This document shows positions 1 to 13,382 of a stretch of DNA of 64,000 nt, piece after piece. The translations under genes were made by a program, and so were the position numbers. This stretch comes from Marsupella aquatica. Taxonomy: Eukaryota; Plantae; Marchantiophyta. The notes beneath the pieces are model-generated. The model did no database searches and had not been told where the DNA came from. It saw nothing but the letters and a program-made list of their open reading frames with translations. Numbering within the stretch: the stretch's first letter is position 1; each line of letters starts with the position of its first letter. The stretch is taken from assembly GCA_973895155.1 (NCBI GenBank), contig OZ316894.1, forward strand, positions 3,310,944-3,374,943, given 5' to 3'.

Positions 1-300
1 TACAAATCATTTGCTTGAGCTCATGGCATAAGTGACCTTTCATGAAGGTCACTTGAATGCAAAAAAAGGGTAAGTCTCCCAATACCAATTGTGTGGCAGT
101 CAACACCTCGGTATTGGGCTTATCACGAGATTTTCACTCTTCTATGATGATGATAGAATAAAATAAATACAAAGTATATCCTAGTTGTTCTTCGAACAAA
201 CTAGCCTCTTACTTGCAATTATAAACAAGACTTAAAGTGTAAACTGCAAAATTTAGGGGTACCAAAGGAGGCAATCTGAACTAAGTACAACCACTTTGTA
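1..300. repeat. Dispersed repeat; host sequence of the foldback insertion
   Basis: 1-235 is near-identical to ~54230-54460. 265-297 joined to 40629-40690 matches the uninterrupted copy at ~43765-43855. Confidence 0.75.
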
Positions 301-1618
301 AGGGAGGGATATGCTTAATAGACCCCCTCCTGGACATAGTTTGCTTGATCAACCCCCTGGAAACATTTTTGCCCCAATCGACCCCCTCTTTATGATCCGT
401 ACCCTTTGTTCTTCTATAAGTTATTATAGAGTGAGTTTCTGCCTTATAAAGACCAAATTGGGTCACTTGTCACTGTAACCATTTCAACCACGAACTATGC
501 TCAGAATCACAGTGACCGAGTGTTGTCAAGCCGCAACCGTTCCCGGCACTAGAAGAAACCGGCCCGTTTTGAGACCTGGAGATGTGTGACTTGTCCAAGA
601 CCTTCATGAAATAGCGACTCCAAGGTTGTTGGTGTCATGTTAGTCACACCTTCTTGACTGAGTTTTGGTGAAGTTTTGCCAAGTCATGTTTACAACTTTT
701 AGGTAAGTTGCAACTATAACTTAGTTAAGGCAATTAGGGTGAAGTTATACAAGTGACTCTACATTAGAGTACAACTTATGAGACCACTACATTTGAACCC
801 TTAAACCTTAAAGTATGGGATCCGCGACCATATACATATGATTTTGGATACACCATATGTCATTCCACATCAATTTAATAATAGTTTAGTCATACCATTC
901 TAAACCATAATTACTTGATCTTAGATAGCATTAGTTTTCTTTTAGGCTCATCATTTGTGCTCTTAATTAATGAGCATGCAACAAGGCTATTGTAAGGTTA
1001 ATCCTAGCCCTGTGCGTTCATTTAATCTTTGCTCATATTGTGTTGTGTCAAATTTTCTTTAGGGTTTACAGCTCATGTCAACGCAAAGTGGTCGAGTGTC
1101 ACTGGGTTCAGTTCTCTCACTAAGTGTTAAGGTATGCATTGTGCGTTGCCTTTGGATACGAGTTTAGGGTGCACGGGTTTTTCAACAGGAAACACACCAG
1201 CAGAGTGCAAATGGGAGTTGAAGGTGCGCGGGAACTCGGAGGTTTTTGTCAAGGAAAAACTTGGATGTCCATTGTGCTTACCAACAACCATCGTTTAGGG
1301 CGAGGAGCTTTACGGACTTCCGCTTGTCGTGCTTGAGTGTACATCTGCCCTCTATACTTTTGGGAGCTTTGGACTAGAGCAGATGATCGGAAGCCTCGGA
1401 CGAGAGACACAAACTCCAATATCCAGCTCGTAGATCAATCCGTGATTGATTTTGTCAGGTGTGCGACCTTCAAGCTCTTCTCCATTGTGCGCTTCCAGTT
1501 GAATGCTGCAAGGTCTGAATACTATCGGGAGCTCGCATTTGGGCCAAGGTTTAGGTATTTTGTCATTGGAGGACTGAGCTGTGGGTTTAGGCCGACTTAC
1601 TATGAGCTTATGTTGTTG

Positions 1619-2960
1619 CAGCTGTGACCAATAACTGAGGAGCTGCGACCAGGAGCTTATTTTGTTGCAGCACTGCCGTGGACAAGGGGTTGTGGAGGAT
1701 CGGGGAGCTGCGACGTAGAACTGAGGAGCTGCGAAAAAGTGGGGAGTGATCTTGAAGGCCAACTATCTAGCGTGAGGTGGATCATCGTGGTTGCAACAGC
1801 GATCGGGCCCTTTTTTGCATTGGCATTGTCAGTAAGACAATCTGTGGACGCGCGAAAGAGTCGCAAGGAGTTGTTCTTGTGGGCAGAGATTGGAGTTCAC
1901 ATTTGGTAAGTCCACCTCAATAATGACATACATTATAGGTGGAGGCAATGTTATGGCCTCTTGTTGTCTTTAAACTCATTCTCCACTCACAAGAGAATGA
2001 GGATTGATTGTGTCCTGAGAAGCTTAACAATTTATGTTGTTGACATCGTCCACATTGAGTGACAGTGAGCTCAAGTTAGTGAGTGACCGATCGAAGGGGA
2101 CATTTGTGCTCTTCATTACATGCTCGGGCAAGAGTGATTGATGTACTAATCGCAAGCGCTCCCAAGTATCCATTTGTCGTTAAGGCTTGAAGCTTCACCG
2201 GGAGCTGCGACCGTCAGTGGGGAGGAGTTGGAGGTTGTGTTGCGCTCGTACACAACCTCCAAGGTACAAGGCAGGAGTTGTGCAATTTAAGGTGAGAGTC
2301 AATAGCTTTTGGGATTCACCATCTTTCATCGTTGTCATCGCTGCTCTCGTCTATCACTACGGCCGATTGCTGCTCTGCGTTTTTGCTATGGGTTGCCAGT
2401 CTGCCAGATGCTGAGTGAGACAGAGGCTACAACCTGGGTGCGCGGAGGTCCTCACTAATCCCATGGTTTACAGTTTGCAAAATGTGACAGCCCCAGTGCA
2501 CAGTGAGGTATAGGGTGTGTGAGGTATAGGGTGTTCTTACTCGTGCTATAGTCGCTTTGACTTGCTGAGTTCCAGCAAATTGAGTTTTAGGTGCGGTCAA
2601 TGAGAGTTGAGCTGTTTGAGCTGCGGTCACTGAGAGTTTAGAGTTTGAGCTGCGGTCACTGAATGCTGGCATTGAGGTGCACGCCCTTCACATTGATCAG
2701 TGAAGGCTACGGCCGGGGTGATTATGACAGTGATTCCAATGCAAACCGTCCAGGTAAGATTTATGTGACATTGTGTACAATGAAAGTGGCCCTGCTTATT
2801 GACTGCTTAATGTTTGTGTTGCAACTGGCAGCAGATGCATGGAGTGCAGCGAAGGGAGGCGCTATTCATGTGAGCTGACAAGGGAGCTGGACTTGTGAGC
2901 CGTGGTTGCAGCTACGTCTTGGAGCTACGACCTATGAGTTATGGCTAGAGCTACGACTTG
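1619..2960 (+). repeat. About 10 dispersed copies of a GAGCT(G/A)CG(A/G)C-like motif in the CACTA 5' region
   Basis: Copies at ~1639, 1704, 1725, 2201, 2617, 2646, 2921 and 2947, plus weaker variants. Confidence 0.55.
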
Positions 2961-4351
2961 ACCTGAAGGTGACGCATGAAGAGTAATTTTGCAATCCATG
3001 AATGTTTGTACTCAATGTTATAGATGCATAGGGTGGGTGTTGCATTTTGTTACTGTAAAATGTCCGTGATGTCGTGAGATGTTCTGTTCCTTGGATTGAG
3101 ACAATTCTTAGATCTCTGCATCAGCGATTATTGTATGTCATGTCTCACCTCAGATCATGAACGTGATTGGTTGGAGACTATATTAATTGGGGAGGAGCTC
3201 CAATCCGTTGTCATTGCTTCTCAGTGGAGTGTTGTTTTAGTAAGCTACAGGGGGCAACAGAGCGCAAGTTGCTGCTTGCAAGTTCACGCCTGCTACCTGC
3301 TACCTACGACTTCCGCCTGAAAGGTATGACATTCACATATGTGCATTTCTGGTCTCCAGTTGATCAATGTACTTATTCCCGCTGCCTTGAAATGGACCTC
3401 AAATTTCCATGCTCCAATACGGTACTGTGATCGAAGCCTATCACGATGCAAAAACAGAGGAGAGGCAGAATCAGAGCCCGGACACCAACGTGTACAGATA
3501 TCATGAAGCTAAAATAGAGGAGAGGAAGAATCAGTGCTCGGCTCGGACACCAAAGTGTACAGACATCATGAAGCTAACTACAAGCTAGCAGATAGGTCAA
3601 ATGCTCCCAAATCGAGTCAGAGGAAAGTTACTAAGACTACCTTCACAACTCTCAAGTCTGGAAAGTAAAAATCAGCCTGAGACACGTAGCAAGAACTGTT
3701 GTCTGCTAGGAACTGTTGTCTGCTTTCTTGGGGATCGTCATGTGTATGTAATTGCATACACATTCTACCTGAGGGGAGTATGATTGTACACCTCAGGTAG
3801 AACCGAGTACTATCTATCGCATGATATAATTCCTCTACAATTTTGTATTAATGTTGCCTAAGTGCTTTGTTGTATTGTTTTGGTTGTAATGACGTCACTT
3901 GCATTTCATAGTCAGTCTTAGTTGGTTGGCTTGGTACTCATTTGCTTTTCACTCCCTCTGGCTAGTGAATTTGTCTATTGTTGCTGAGCCTTAACATTTG
4001 TGTTTCTGTGGGGCTGAGCAGAGTTTGTTCCATCTAGAAGCTGCTGTACTGAAGTGATCAGCCTCCGGCTTGGAGGTGAATCTTCAATTTTTTGTGGATC
4101 CGAGTGACTTCTGTCCAGCTGAGTTTTGCTTTGTCGGGACGATTGTGTTTGGCTAAGATGCTAGATTGTGGCTTGTCTTCTTGCTTCCAGCTTGTGTATT
4201 TTCAATTAATAGAAGTTGGGAACGAAGTGATAATTGAATTTCCTTATATTAAGCATCTTCACCTAGAAACTCAATACATAAACTCCAGGATTCCCTCGGG
4301 ACATAAAATGAGCCAAATTGTCTCAAAATTGGGAACCTGCACCCGCACTAC

Positions 4352-4694
4352 TCAAACAATTGTGTTGGGCTTGGTGGCCTTGTAAGTCTTCTTTAGCTTT
4401 CGCAATGGAGGTTGAATCTTGCAGTACGTCAAGGGGAACTTGATCTTTGAATCATGGAACTGCTTGGTACTTTCTCGCTTGCACAGAGAGACAGGGACTG
4501 TCGTAGTCTTCATGATCTGGATGCAAGGGAACCGAACTCTATGACAAGAAGCCATCTCATCATACATCTGCTCTGCAGCTCCGTTTCTTGTGGTATCACA
4601 ATATTCCTTGTACATGTTGTGATAACCTGTACGACTCTGATACGTGGACCCAGATACCGAAGTTCTTAATTGTGGTGGGCTTCTTTTCGAAGAT
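4352..4694 (-). pseudogene. RPL18A: Captured last-exon fragment of 60S ribosomal protein L18a (eL20), frameshifted
   Basis: [15 protein letters not shown] / [40 protein letters not shown]...[17 protein letters not shown] matches plant eL20. Begins after a CAG acceptor-like site; lies inside the CACTA. Confidence 0.9.
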
Positions 4695-5702
4695 CTGGTA
4701 GACACATTATTCAGCATTTGCTAACTTCGAAACTAGAAGGGTAACACATTAAACAACAGAGAAACTCACAACATCCTCCTTTGGTCCTTCAGAGTCTGTA
4801 CTTTGATTCTGAAGTTTGACTGAGTTTTTGTTTACTAAAAGAATGTGACTGTGTAAGAGTTCCATTTGGCAGTGGATTGGTTGAAGCACTTCATGCTAGT
4901 GTGTTGTCCACAGCTCTTCAACCAGCTTTCGTCTTCCTTGTCTTTCACCACTTACGATGACATCAATTCAGCTAAGACCATAGAAGGTTCCAAAGCATCT
5001 AACTTGTAAAATCGCATTCTGTTACATCAAGGACTAAGGTGTTGGGTGCCAAAGGAGACAGCACAACAAACACGCTGAAAAGACTTCAGGACTGGGTTCA
5101 ACAAGGTAGTGAAGGTGCTTAGAGCCATAGTAAGTATGCATTCTGTATCTTTCTCTGTTGATGTGAGCTTGTGCATAATGGGAGTTGTAGTTGGCAAGAT
5201 TTCCAAATATGAATAGATCCAGAAGTATGTGATCATGTACTTGCTCTATAAAGTTCTGAAGATATAAGCATTTTCTGTTAGACCAGGCAACTTGGGAGTT
5301 GGTAAGTGTCACCTGCATCTGAGGGGCTACACCGGGGCATCAGTGGAGGTTCACTTGCACAACACGACAACCAGTGAATTTTCTCTCTGCTGCAACCTGC
5401 AAGGTGAGACTTTCGGTCTTTCTGGATGAAAAAACAGGAGTTTAATATGATTGATATACATGTCCGTCGAGAATATGGGTTTATCACCAAGCTCTTTGTC
5501 TTAGGAAACTCATAAACTCAGAATCAAATATGTACTATGCACGTTTCATGCTATGTGTATACTATGACCTGTAGTTGGAACCAAGACAATGAGTGGGAAC
5601 TGATTAGTTTAGGTGGTTGCTGTTGGCGAGGCAAGTCGACCTCCTGCTCACCTTGCTCATCAAAGGACGTGAACAGAGGACATCACAACGAAAGCAACAC
5701 TT

Positions 5703-6152
5703 ATGGTGAGGACCCGCAACGCTGAACATGTGCGACTTGCACGCAAGGCAGAGATGTTGCGCCTTGAGTATGTCAGACTTGGGATCCTTCCAGCCCAGTC
5801 TGCATGGTACTTTGAGTACCCTGTTGTTTCCAGGAACAACTACAGCCGGCTTCTACCTGCTTCAGTACCCTTCCCGACATCCTTGGTATTTGTGTCTCTT
5901 GTACATGACCCGCCACAAATTAGGTGCCAAGGGTGTGTACACAGTTGCCAATATGACTGTCCTGCCTGTAGGGCTTTTGGCCCAGAATTGGATGACCGTT
6001 CTCTTGGATGCCGATTTTTGCACAGAGCACAATGTATCATCTGGAACCACTCGCCATCCTGCAGTGTGCCTGGTGATGTCACTTGTCCTGCCCTCCCAGA
6101 CCCCACCACCGGTGACTTTGGTGTCTACACATGTTTGGATCACATGCTCTAG
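5703..6152 (+). CDS. Hypothetical Cys/His-rich 149-aa protein (CACTA cargo)
   Basis: ATG-initiated ORF with a CxxC...CxxxCxxC...C/H cluster; same strand as the downstream cargo genes; no family recognised. Confidence 0.35.
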   Translation: MVRTRNAEHVRLARKAEMLRLEYVRLGILPAQSAWYFEYPVVSRNNYSRLLPASVPFPTSLVFVSLVHDPPQIRCQGCVHSCQYDCPACRAFGPELDDRSLGCRFLHRAQCIIWNHSPSCSVPGDVTCPALPDPTTGDFGVYTCLDHML

Positions 6153-6767
6153 AGGACCACTTGTCACACCGCATGCACAGACCAGATACCATTGACCTAT
6201 AGCTTAACACTCTGACTTCAACACAGAGGATATTTACTTAAAATTTTGATGTATGAGCAATTTTGGGTCCAGGGTTTAGGGTCAACAGTACATAACTTAT
6301 ATCCTATTATGCCTGCACTAAGCAAAATATCCTAATTTAAGAGGCTAGCAAACTCGCATAAAAGTCTCTATTGAAAGACTGCTTTCATGGCTGCTTTAAC
6401 TTGGTGAACATTGCAACGTTGAATGAATTAATGGGCCATGTGATAATATGCAAAATGATTTATGCCTCACTTATTTGTCTCAGCCACTATCATAACCTAT
6501 TTAGGATGTATAAATTTCAACCCTTATGACACTGCTTCATACCAATCCTCTTCGAAGAATGCCTGTTTTACATGTCACGACTATTGTATGTGATTCAAAT
6601 GCATGAAATGTTGTTGCAGATCTCCTTTGGTGAATCATAGCCACAATTAAAATTGAGGTGTTGGTGGAGAAATTGTATTAGGGGATCAGTTTTGTGTGTG
6701 GGCTCAACATACCAAAAGTATGTGTGCTCTGCATCCTTGTGTGGCCATTCCAATTCATTGCAGTAGC

Positions 6768-6911
6768 AAATGCCTTTGTACCTTAAATGCTAAATATATT
6801 TTACTTTCTGTGCAATCTGCTAAATTGTAGAGTCTATCTAAATGCCTTTGTACCTTACATGCTAAATATATTTTACTTTCTATGCAGTCTGCTAAATTGT
6901 AGAGTCTATCT
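6768..6911 (+). repeat. Tandem duplication, 2 x 72 bp
   Basis: aaatgcctttgtacc...agagtctatct occurs at 6768-6839 and 6840-6911. Confidence 0.9.
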
Positions 6912-6922
6912 CATGCGCAGGC

Positions 6923-7603
6923 ATGGCACGGCCTAAAATTCAAGCCAAAAAGCGTGTGACAGAGGTGAGAAACATAGGTGTACTTGGGGCAGATGCTACT
7001 AACTTCTCTGCAAGTCAGATTTTCCAGAAGGCAGCTCATTGTTGTGCCATTTGTGACGATGGTGGGGGCCTGGTCATTTGTGAGGGCCCTTGCATGAGGC
7101 ATTTCCACCTTAACCCGGAGTCTGACCTTGCTGCAGAAAACAACTGTCCAGGGGTGGGCCTCCCGTCAACACACCAGGTAGACTGGATGTGCACTGATTG
7201 TTTGGAGAAGTAGGCTAAGTGTGCACAGTGTGGGAAGTTGGGGTCCTATGAGGGCTCTGTTGATGCTACAGCAAATGTTAGGAAATGTCCAGACCGTTTT
7301 TGTGTGAGATTTTTCTGTTTTGAGTGTTTGCCTGCTCATGCCACAGCTTGCCCACTTCATAGGTGCAAGGCATGTGGTGAGCATGATGATGACTACTGGA
7401 CTGACATAGTCCACTGTGCTAGGTGTCCCACTATGTGGCACTATCATTGCCTGAAAGATCATCAAGCAGAGGGTTATGCTTGTGACAGAGAAATCTATGA
7501 TCACTCTGCACATGGTGTTGATCGATGGATATTTTATTGTCATCGCCATGCCATTGATCCTACCTCGCGCACTCCTGTGAGAGATCACATATCTTGGCTG
7601 TGA
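6923..7603 (+). pseudogene. Stand-alone EDM2-like multi-PHD finger protein, one in-frame TAG at 7211
   Basis: CAICDDGGGLVICEGPCMRHFH...CTDC..*AKCAQCGKLGS...CPLHRCKAC...CARCPTMWHYHCL...IFYCHRHAIDPTSRTPVRDHI parallels the EDM2 PHD cassette, which ends in TPVRDH. The two ORFs are in frame across the stop. Confidence 0.85.
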
Positions 7604-8195
7604 AGCTGAACATTGTACATGCACAGTGCACCTAATGTGGATGTACTATTTTTTGAGATTGCAGAGATTCCAATTTTGAAAAGGAGTTGGGTAGGCGAGT
7701 TTATATAGGCAGCACTTATCTTGTGCTCTGGCGTCAGTGGCTGGGTACATGCCTATACAAACTTATCCTTACAAGCCTTCTTGGAAGTATTTAGGCTGAG
7801 TGGTCATTTTCATAAACACTTTCATCAGACTGCTAGATTAAAACAGGACTTCTAAGTTGTAAGCGTATAAATTATCAGGCATGCAATTAATCAAATTGCC
7901 CTATAAGTTTGTCATTGAATGTATCCTCCTTTACAACAAAATATGTATGTGCCATGACAAGTTGGTTGCACTTCATTTCACCACGGATATGGATTTTGTA
8001 GTATATATTCAAACAATGTCCTGCATCCGTGCAGGTGCCTAGTACGTGTTGTTCACATATCCCTTGTACCTATCAAAATCGGACCTGAGCACCAGTGGGC
8101 CAGATCAACTCAAAAAGCAGGAATTTTGTTGTCCTTGTATTGTCAGGTGAGCCCATTCTTCCAAAATTCACTATCATCACGTAGGGTGTGTGTAC

Positions 8196-9068
8196 ATGGA
8201 GCCTGGTAAACGTAGAAAGTGTGACCACCCAGCAGTGTTTACAGGGGTCAGAGCGATTTTGGTCCATGGCCAGCATGGGTTGACCAAAGTGCATTGGCCA
8301 ACTGTACAGAAACGATTCTCTGAGCTCCATGGCACTGTAGTTCAGGACATCACTCCAGAGACTACACATGTTGTTGCAGGGACATGGCTATCAGTGATAA
8401 AGAAGTGGTCATGGTCCTACATGAATTCTGCAATTACTAAGCAAGGCCTAAAAGTAGTTGAGGCCTCTTGGATCACAGATTCCATAGCACATAAGATTGT
8501 ACAGGATACTGAGCAATATGAGTTGTGGGAGGATGAAGAAGCTACTGCATCAGCTTGGGCTGAACAAGAAGTCTGGGAAGCAAAGGCACGGCTTGCTGAT
8601 CTCCAATATGGACCTGTACTCAACAAAGGACAGAGCTCTACAAGGCTGAAGAGTATGTTGGCTGAGGAGACGAAGCAACCAACCCCCATTCTGAAAGGGC
8701 TGAGCATGGTATTTGTGGAGGCGGGAATTGGAGAGGTTAAGTGCAAAGTGTACAAGTCCACAATGCTTGACCTAGGTGGGACAGTGGAGGAGAATATAAC
8801 AGAGGACACCACTCATGTCATTACTAAGTCATATCCCAAAGCCTGCCGCAAGTTTGGGAAGGGAGACATTCGCTTTTATGTCATGTCCCATAATGTGTTT
8901 GTGGTTTCATATGCTTGGCTTGTGGAATCAGTAGCAGCTGGGAAGCGTCAAAACCCAATGGACTATGATCTTTTTGAGGCCTGGCCACGGAAGGGTCAGG
9001 ATCCTTACAGAGAGGACAATGAGACAACAAGTGAGGAATGGGTCATTAGCGATTCTGAATCAGAGTGA
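8196..9068 (+). CDS. Tandem BRCT-domain protein (CACTA cargo)
   Basis: Two repeats with BRCT hallmarks: HGTV..DITPETTHVV...VVEASWITDSI and LGGTVEENITEDTTHVI...VVSYAWLVESV. Uninterrupted ORF; ATG at 8196. Confidence 0.85.
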   Translation: MEPGKRRKCDHPAVFTGVRAILVHGQHGLTKVHWPTVQKRFSELHGTVVQDITPETTHVVAGTWLSVIKKWSWSYMNSAITKQGLKVVEASWITDSIAHKIVQDTEQYELWEDEEATASAWAEQEVWEAKARLADLQYGPVLNKGQSSTRLKSMLAEETKQPTPILKGLSMVFVEAGIGEVKCKVYKSTMLDLGGTVEENITEDTTHVITKSYPKACRKFGKGDIRFYVMSHNVFVVSYAWLVESVAAGKRQNPMDYDLFEAWPRKGQDPYREDNETTSEEWVISDSESE

Positions 9069-9501
9069 GGAGTAGTAGCATCAGTTTGGACACAAGTTTT
9101 TTTGTATAAATCAGATCATTGAAATAAATGTGATCTTTGAACTAATGTACCTTGTTATGGTTGGTGGCAGTTGGGCTTATTTTACTGTTGGCGGATTGTT
9201 GTTTCCTACTGCCTGGGGGTGTCACTGTAAACGTACATGCAGAGGCGGTACATTTGAGGACAGCGGAGGAGGTGGTGACACCCTCCAACATTTAGGAATT
9301 TTGTGTCATTCACTTGACAATAGGTACACTACTTGCGAACCTGTTTTTTTCTTTTGGGGTGGTTTAGGGTTTGTGAGAATTTAGTACACGTTATGTTAAC
9401 TCTTTTGGCAGATACAGTCAGGGATATATGGAACACAAATACCACCATTAGGCATCCTTGTTCATTGCTGTCCATGACTGCAGAGCTCCCAGCCTGTTAC
9501 A

Positions 9502-12500
9502 ATGCACCCTGGTCACCACCCTCCCCAGACCCAGCCCAGGGCACAGGCACTGCCTTTGCATCATCCCACAAGGATATCACGCCATGATAATAAGCTTTGG
9601 CAGCGTGAAAGGTTACGAACCAGACTTTCAGGAGCCAGTAGGATGAGATGTCCTTGTGCAATCTACCAAGGATCCCGTACCAGGGGTCTGAATGAGGTTT
9701 GGTGGCATATCGCGGTTCATGGAAGAGATCCACGACATCGAGTTTGGAATGATCCTGTAGAGGAAGATTCTTCCGACGAGGAGTGGAGGTTAGAATTTGA
9801 TGCTGCCAATGCTGCAAGACGGGCAAGTGAGGTTCTGCCTGGTGCATTTGAAAATGTTGTAGCTGGTCTCTGTGGGTTGTCAGCTCTCCAACGGGATGGT
9901 GCTCAGGCAGCACCACGTGACGAAGGAATTCATGTGGAAGAGATGGTGAGAGACATCTTCCAAGACTTGGATGCATTTCATGATGGGCTGGACAATGAAG
10001 AGGATACGGCTGCAGATGCAAGTGTGCCCCCTGTCGAAGAGCCTCTTGATGAGTTTGAGATAGGGCAGGAAACCCCTGGGCATGATGGGATGTTTGGCTC
10101 TCCCCTGCAAATACAGGAAGGCAGGAAGTCTTTGTACCCCGGTAGCAAATGTTCTAAACTGGGATTTGTCATCATGTTCCTGAACATTTGCGGCAACCAC
10201 AATGTCCCCAACGTTTTGGTTTCTGAGTTGTTGGCATTCTTGCGAACAACTGTGCTACTAGATGGTAATATTTTGCCCAAGAACATGTACGAGGCAAAAA
10301 GATGCATATCTAATCTTGGATTGAACTATGATTCGATCCATGCCTGTCCTGATGGGCATGTTCTTTTCAGAAAGGAGTATAAAGAATCGTTGACATGCCC
10401 TAAGTGTGGGAAGCACAGGTATCGGAACTCAGGAAAGTCTATGGTTCCCGCCAAGGTACTTCGTCATTTTCCACTCATTCCCAGATTTCAGCGGATGTTC
10501 AGAAGCCGTGCCATCTCGGAGATGATGACTTGGGCAACTGACAAGAAAAGTGATGATGGGCTACAACGACATGCTGCAGATTCAAGGCAATGGAAACTCA
10601 TAGATGAGATGTATCCCGAATTTGCTGCTGAGCCGAGGAATGTCAGACTTGGGCTGTCATTGGATGGGGTAAACCCATTTGGAGACAAGAACAACAAATT
10701 TTCGTGCTGGCCTGTAACTATTTTGAATTATAACCTTCCTCCTTGGATGACTACAAAGCGATTTTTTGTTCTGATGGTCCTACTGATACCAGGGCCAGAT
10801 AGTGCTGTATCTGCCAACATAGATGTGTTTTTGGCTCCCCTAGTGGAGGAATTGAGAAAGCTTTGGGAGGAAGGAGTTCTCACATATGATGTCCTACAGA
10901 GGCTTGGGAGGTTAAACCCATTCATCCTTAGAGCCATTGTCATTCTGACTATAGCTGACTACCCAGCCCATGGGATGATATCAGGCCAAACAACAAAAGG
11001 ATATTGTGCTTGTACTATCTGTGGGCGCAATGTCACCAGTGAGTACTCCAGAGCCCTGCAGAAAGTGATATACATGGGCCATCATCGTTTTCTGAAGGCA
11101 GATCACCCTTACAGAGAAAGACAAGCACTGATTGCACACTTTGGCAATGAGATTGAGCAACGTGGACCCCCGGCACGAGTGACCAAAGAGGAGATCAGGC
11201 AGTGGGGAGCACTGAGGGATGACTATATCAAACGAGGGGGCAGGGAAGATGGAGTGAGTGATCCAATAAAGCGATATGGTGTAAAAAGACTGAGCATATT
11301 GGACTTGGAGCTCAAGTACTGGAGGGTAAGCCTCTTGGAGTTGATGCTAATTGGGATACATGTTTTGGTTCAGAGCATGTGCATTCATTTCGAAGAGAGA
11401 GACTAAACTTGAGGCATTTCCTGACGCTTTTGCATTGCAACAATGCAGGAGTTTGAGCCAAGCAAACATAACATTGATGTTATGCACATTGAAAAGAATA
11501 TTTGTGAGAGTCTACTCAGATTCTTGTGTGGAGAGAAAGACACTGGTTCAGTGAGATTGGATCTTGAACAGAGGGGAATGAAACCCCATCTTTGGTTGAG
11601 GCCACATGCCCACAGAGCTGATGTGCTCTTGAAGTACCAAGCGCCCTATGTTCTGACAGACACAGAGTGGGAACTATTTGTGCAGAGGTTGAGTTCTTTG
11701 AAGGTTCCTTCAAACTATGGCAGTGCTTTCAAGAAGCATATCATGACTAGAAAGCTTGGTAGTATGAAAAGCCATGACTACCATATGTTGATGCAACAGG
11801 TGTTGCCTTTATGCCTGAGGGGCCTGTTGCAGAAGCCTGTTCATACTGTGATCATGCGACTCAGTGATGTGTTTCGGTCGTATTTGTGTGAAGGTTTGGG
11901 ATGAAACACACTTCCCACAACTGACAGAAGATGTCGCTCAGGTGCTGTGTGACCTGGAGATTTATTTTCCTCCCGCATTTTTTGATGTCATGACCCACCT
12001 ACTTGTCCATGTTGTGGAAGAGGTACACCAATTTGGGCCTGTGAGTGCTCGTTGGTTGTACCCTTTGGAACGGTACATGAAGCTACTCAAAGGTCACGTG
12101 AGAACATATTACAAACCTGAAGCAAGCATGGCTAAAGGTTACATCAAGGATGAGACTCTGGGATTTCTGACCGAATACATAGCACAATATGAGCATGTGA
12201 AGACCAGGGTGTGGAATTCTGATGAGGAAGAAGGGGTGATAGGTGAAGTACTGGAAGGGGCTGCAACCACAAAGAACCTGACCATATCTATGAGAGACTT
12301 GGCACATGACTTTGTATTGCACAACACTGTGGTGATGGAACCCTGGATACAGTGAGTGCATACATGTGCTATAATCCAGTTCATGAGCTTAAATGTTGTG
12401 TTCGTGTGGTTTTCTCCTTCAGCCTGTTCATGTTTACCCAAGCTAATGCTGTGTGGTTGTTCGTTCAGGGAGTATGAGTCATTGAAGGCGGCCCATCCCA

Positions 12501-13227
12501 CTGCAGGAACAACTTTTCCAGGTTTCATGGAGTGGATCAGAGTGGCAATTAGAGAGCATCACGAGACCCACCCAGACATGGATGCAGATGTTTACCTACT
12601 GTCTAATGCCCCAAAGTGAAGACTTACAAACAAATGAGAGCATATGGGAATCACTTCCGAGTGAAGGATGGTGACAGTGCCTACAGGGTGACGAATGACT
12701 GCGGGCTCATCACTGTATTTGAGCAATAGAGCCACAATCACGACAGGGCCTGGATGGAGATGGGATATGTGGGAGAATTAGTTGACATATGGGCTCTGGA
12801 CTATGGGGCGGTGTCCAGTCCTGTGATTCTTATGAAAGGTTCATGGGTGCGGCAGGATTGGCTTGGTAACAGGGCTACCATGAAGAGAGACAACGACGGT
12901 TTCTTGCTGGCCAATTTCAGAGGGAAATTGCCTGAATGGTCTGAGCCATTTATGTTTCCTAGTCAGGTGGAGCAAGCTTTCTTCCTGGATGTGGAAGACT
13001 CCCCAGGTTGGCGTGTAGTGTGTCATAAACAGGCCAGGCAACGTCGGATGGAAGGATCAAACCTTGAGTTTCATTTACACTCTCATAGTGCCTTTGATCG
13101 TCGGCGTTCAGACCAAGTGCCTGTAGTTCATGATAGCGGGGACTTCATTCCTGTGACAAGGGTAGATGCATTTGCTGAAGGAGGCGAATTCAGAGATGCA
13201 GATGCCAACAGTGTGCCTGTGCCATGA
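9502..13227 (+). pseudogene. CACTA TnpD transposase (Transposase_21 + DUF4218/DUF4216-type regions), spliced, defective
   Basis: Motifs IHACPDG, LRHFPLIPRFQR, RNVRLGLSLDGVNPF, NLPPW, DYPA, DVMHIEKN, MKSHDYH, FPPAFFDVMTHL, YPLERYM. GT-AG intron 11326-11448; frameshift near 11880; stops near 12617 and 12727. Confidence 0.93.
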
Positions 13228-13382
13228 GTAATGTGAATTGTTTGCATGGACATTAGTGAGGGGAAGGATGTGTAATAAAGTAATTCTGAAGCAACATAGA
13301 TGTATGGATGGATGCCTGGTGATTGTGGTTGCATTGTGTTATACGGGGTGACCATAGATGACATGTTTTTATGGTCCAGTAG

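Noticed and set aside
281-466. Matching short ORFs at 281-466 and 40464-40793
   Set aside because: They reflect the inverted arms of the foldback element and have non-ATG starts.
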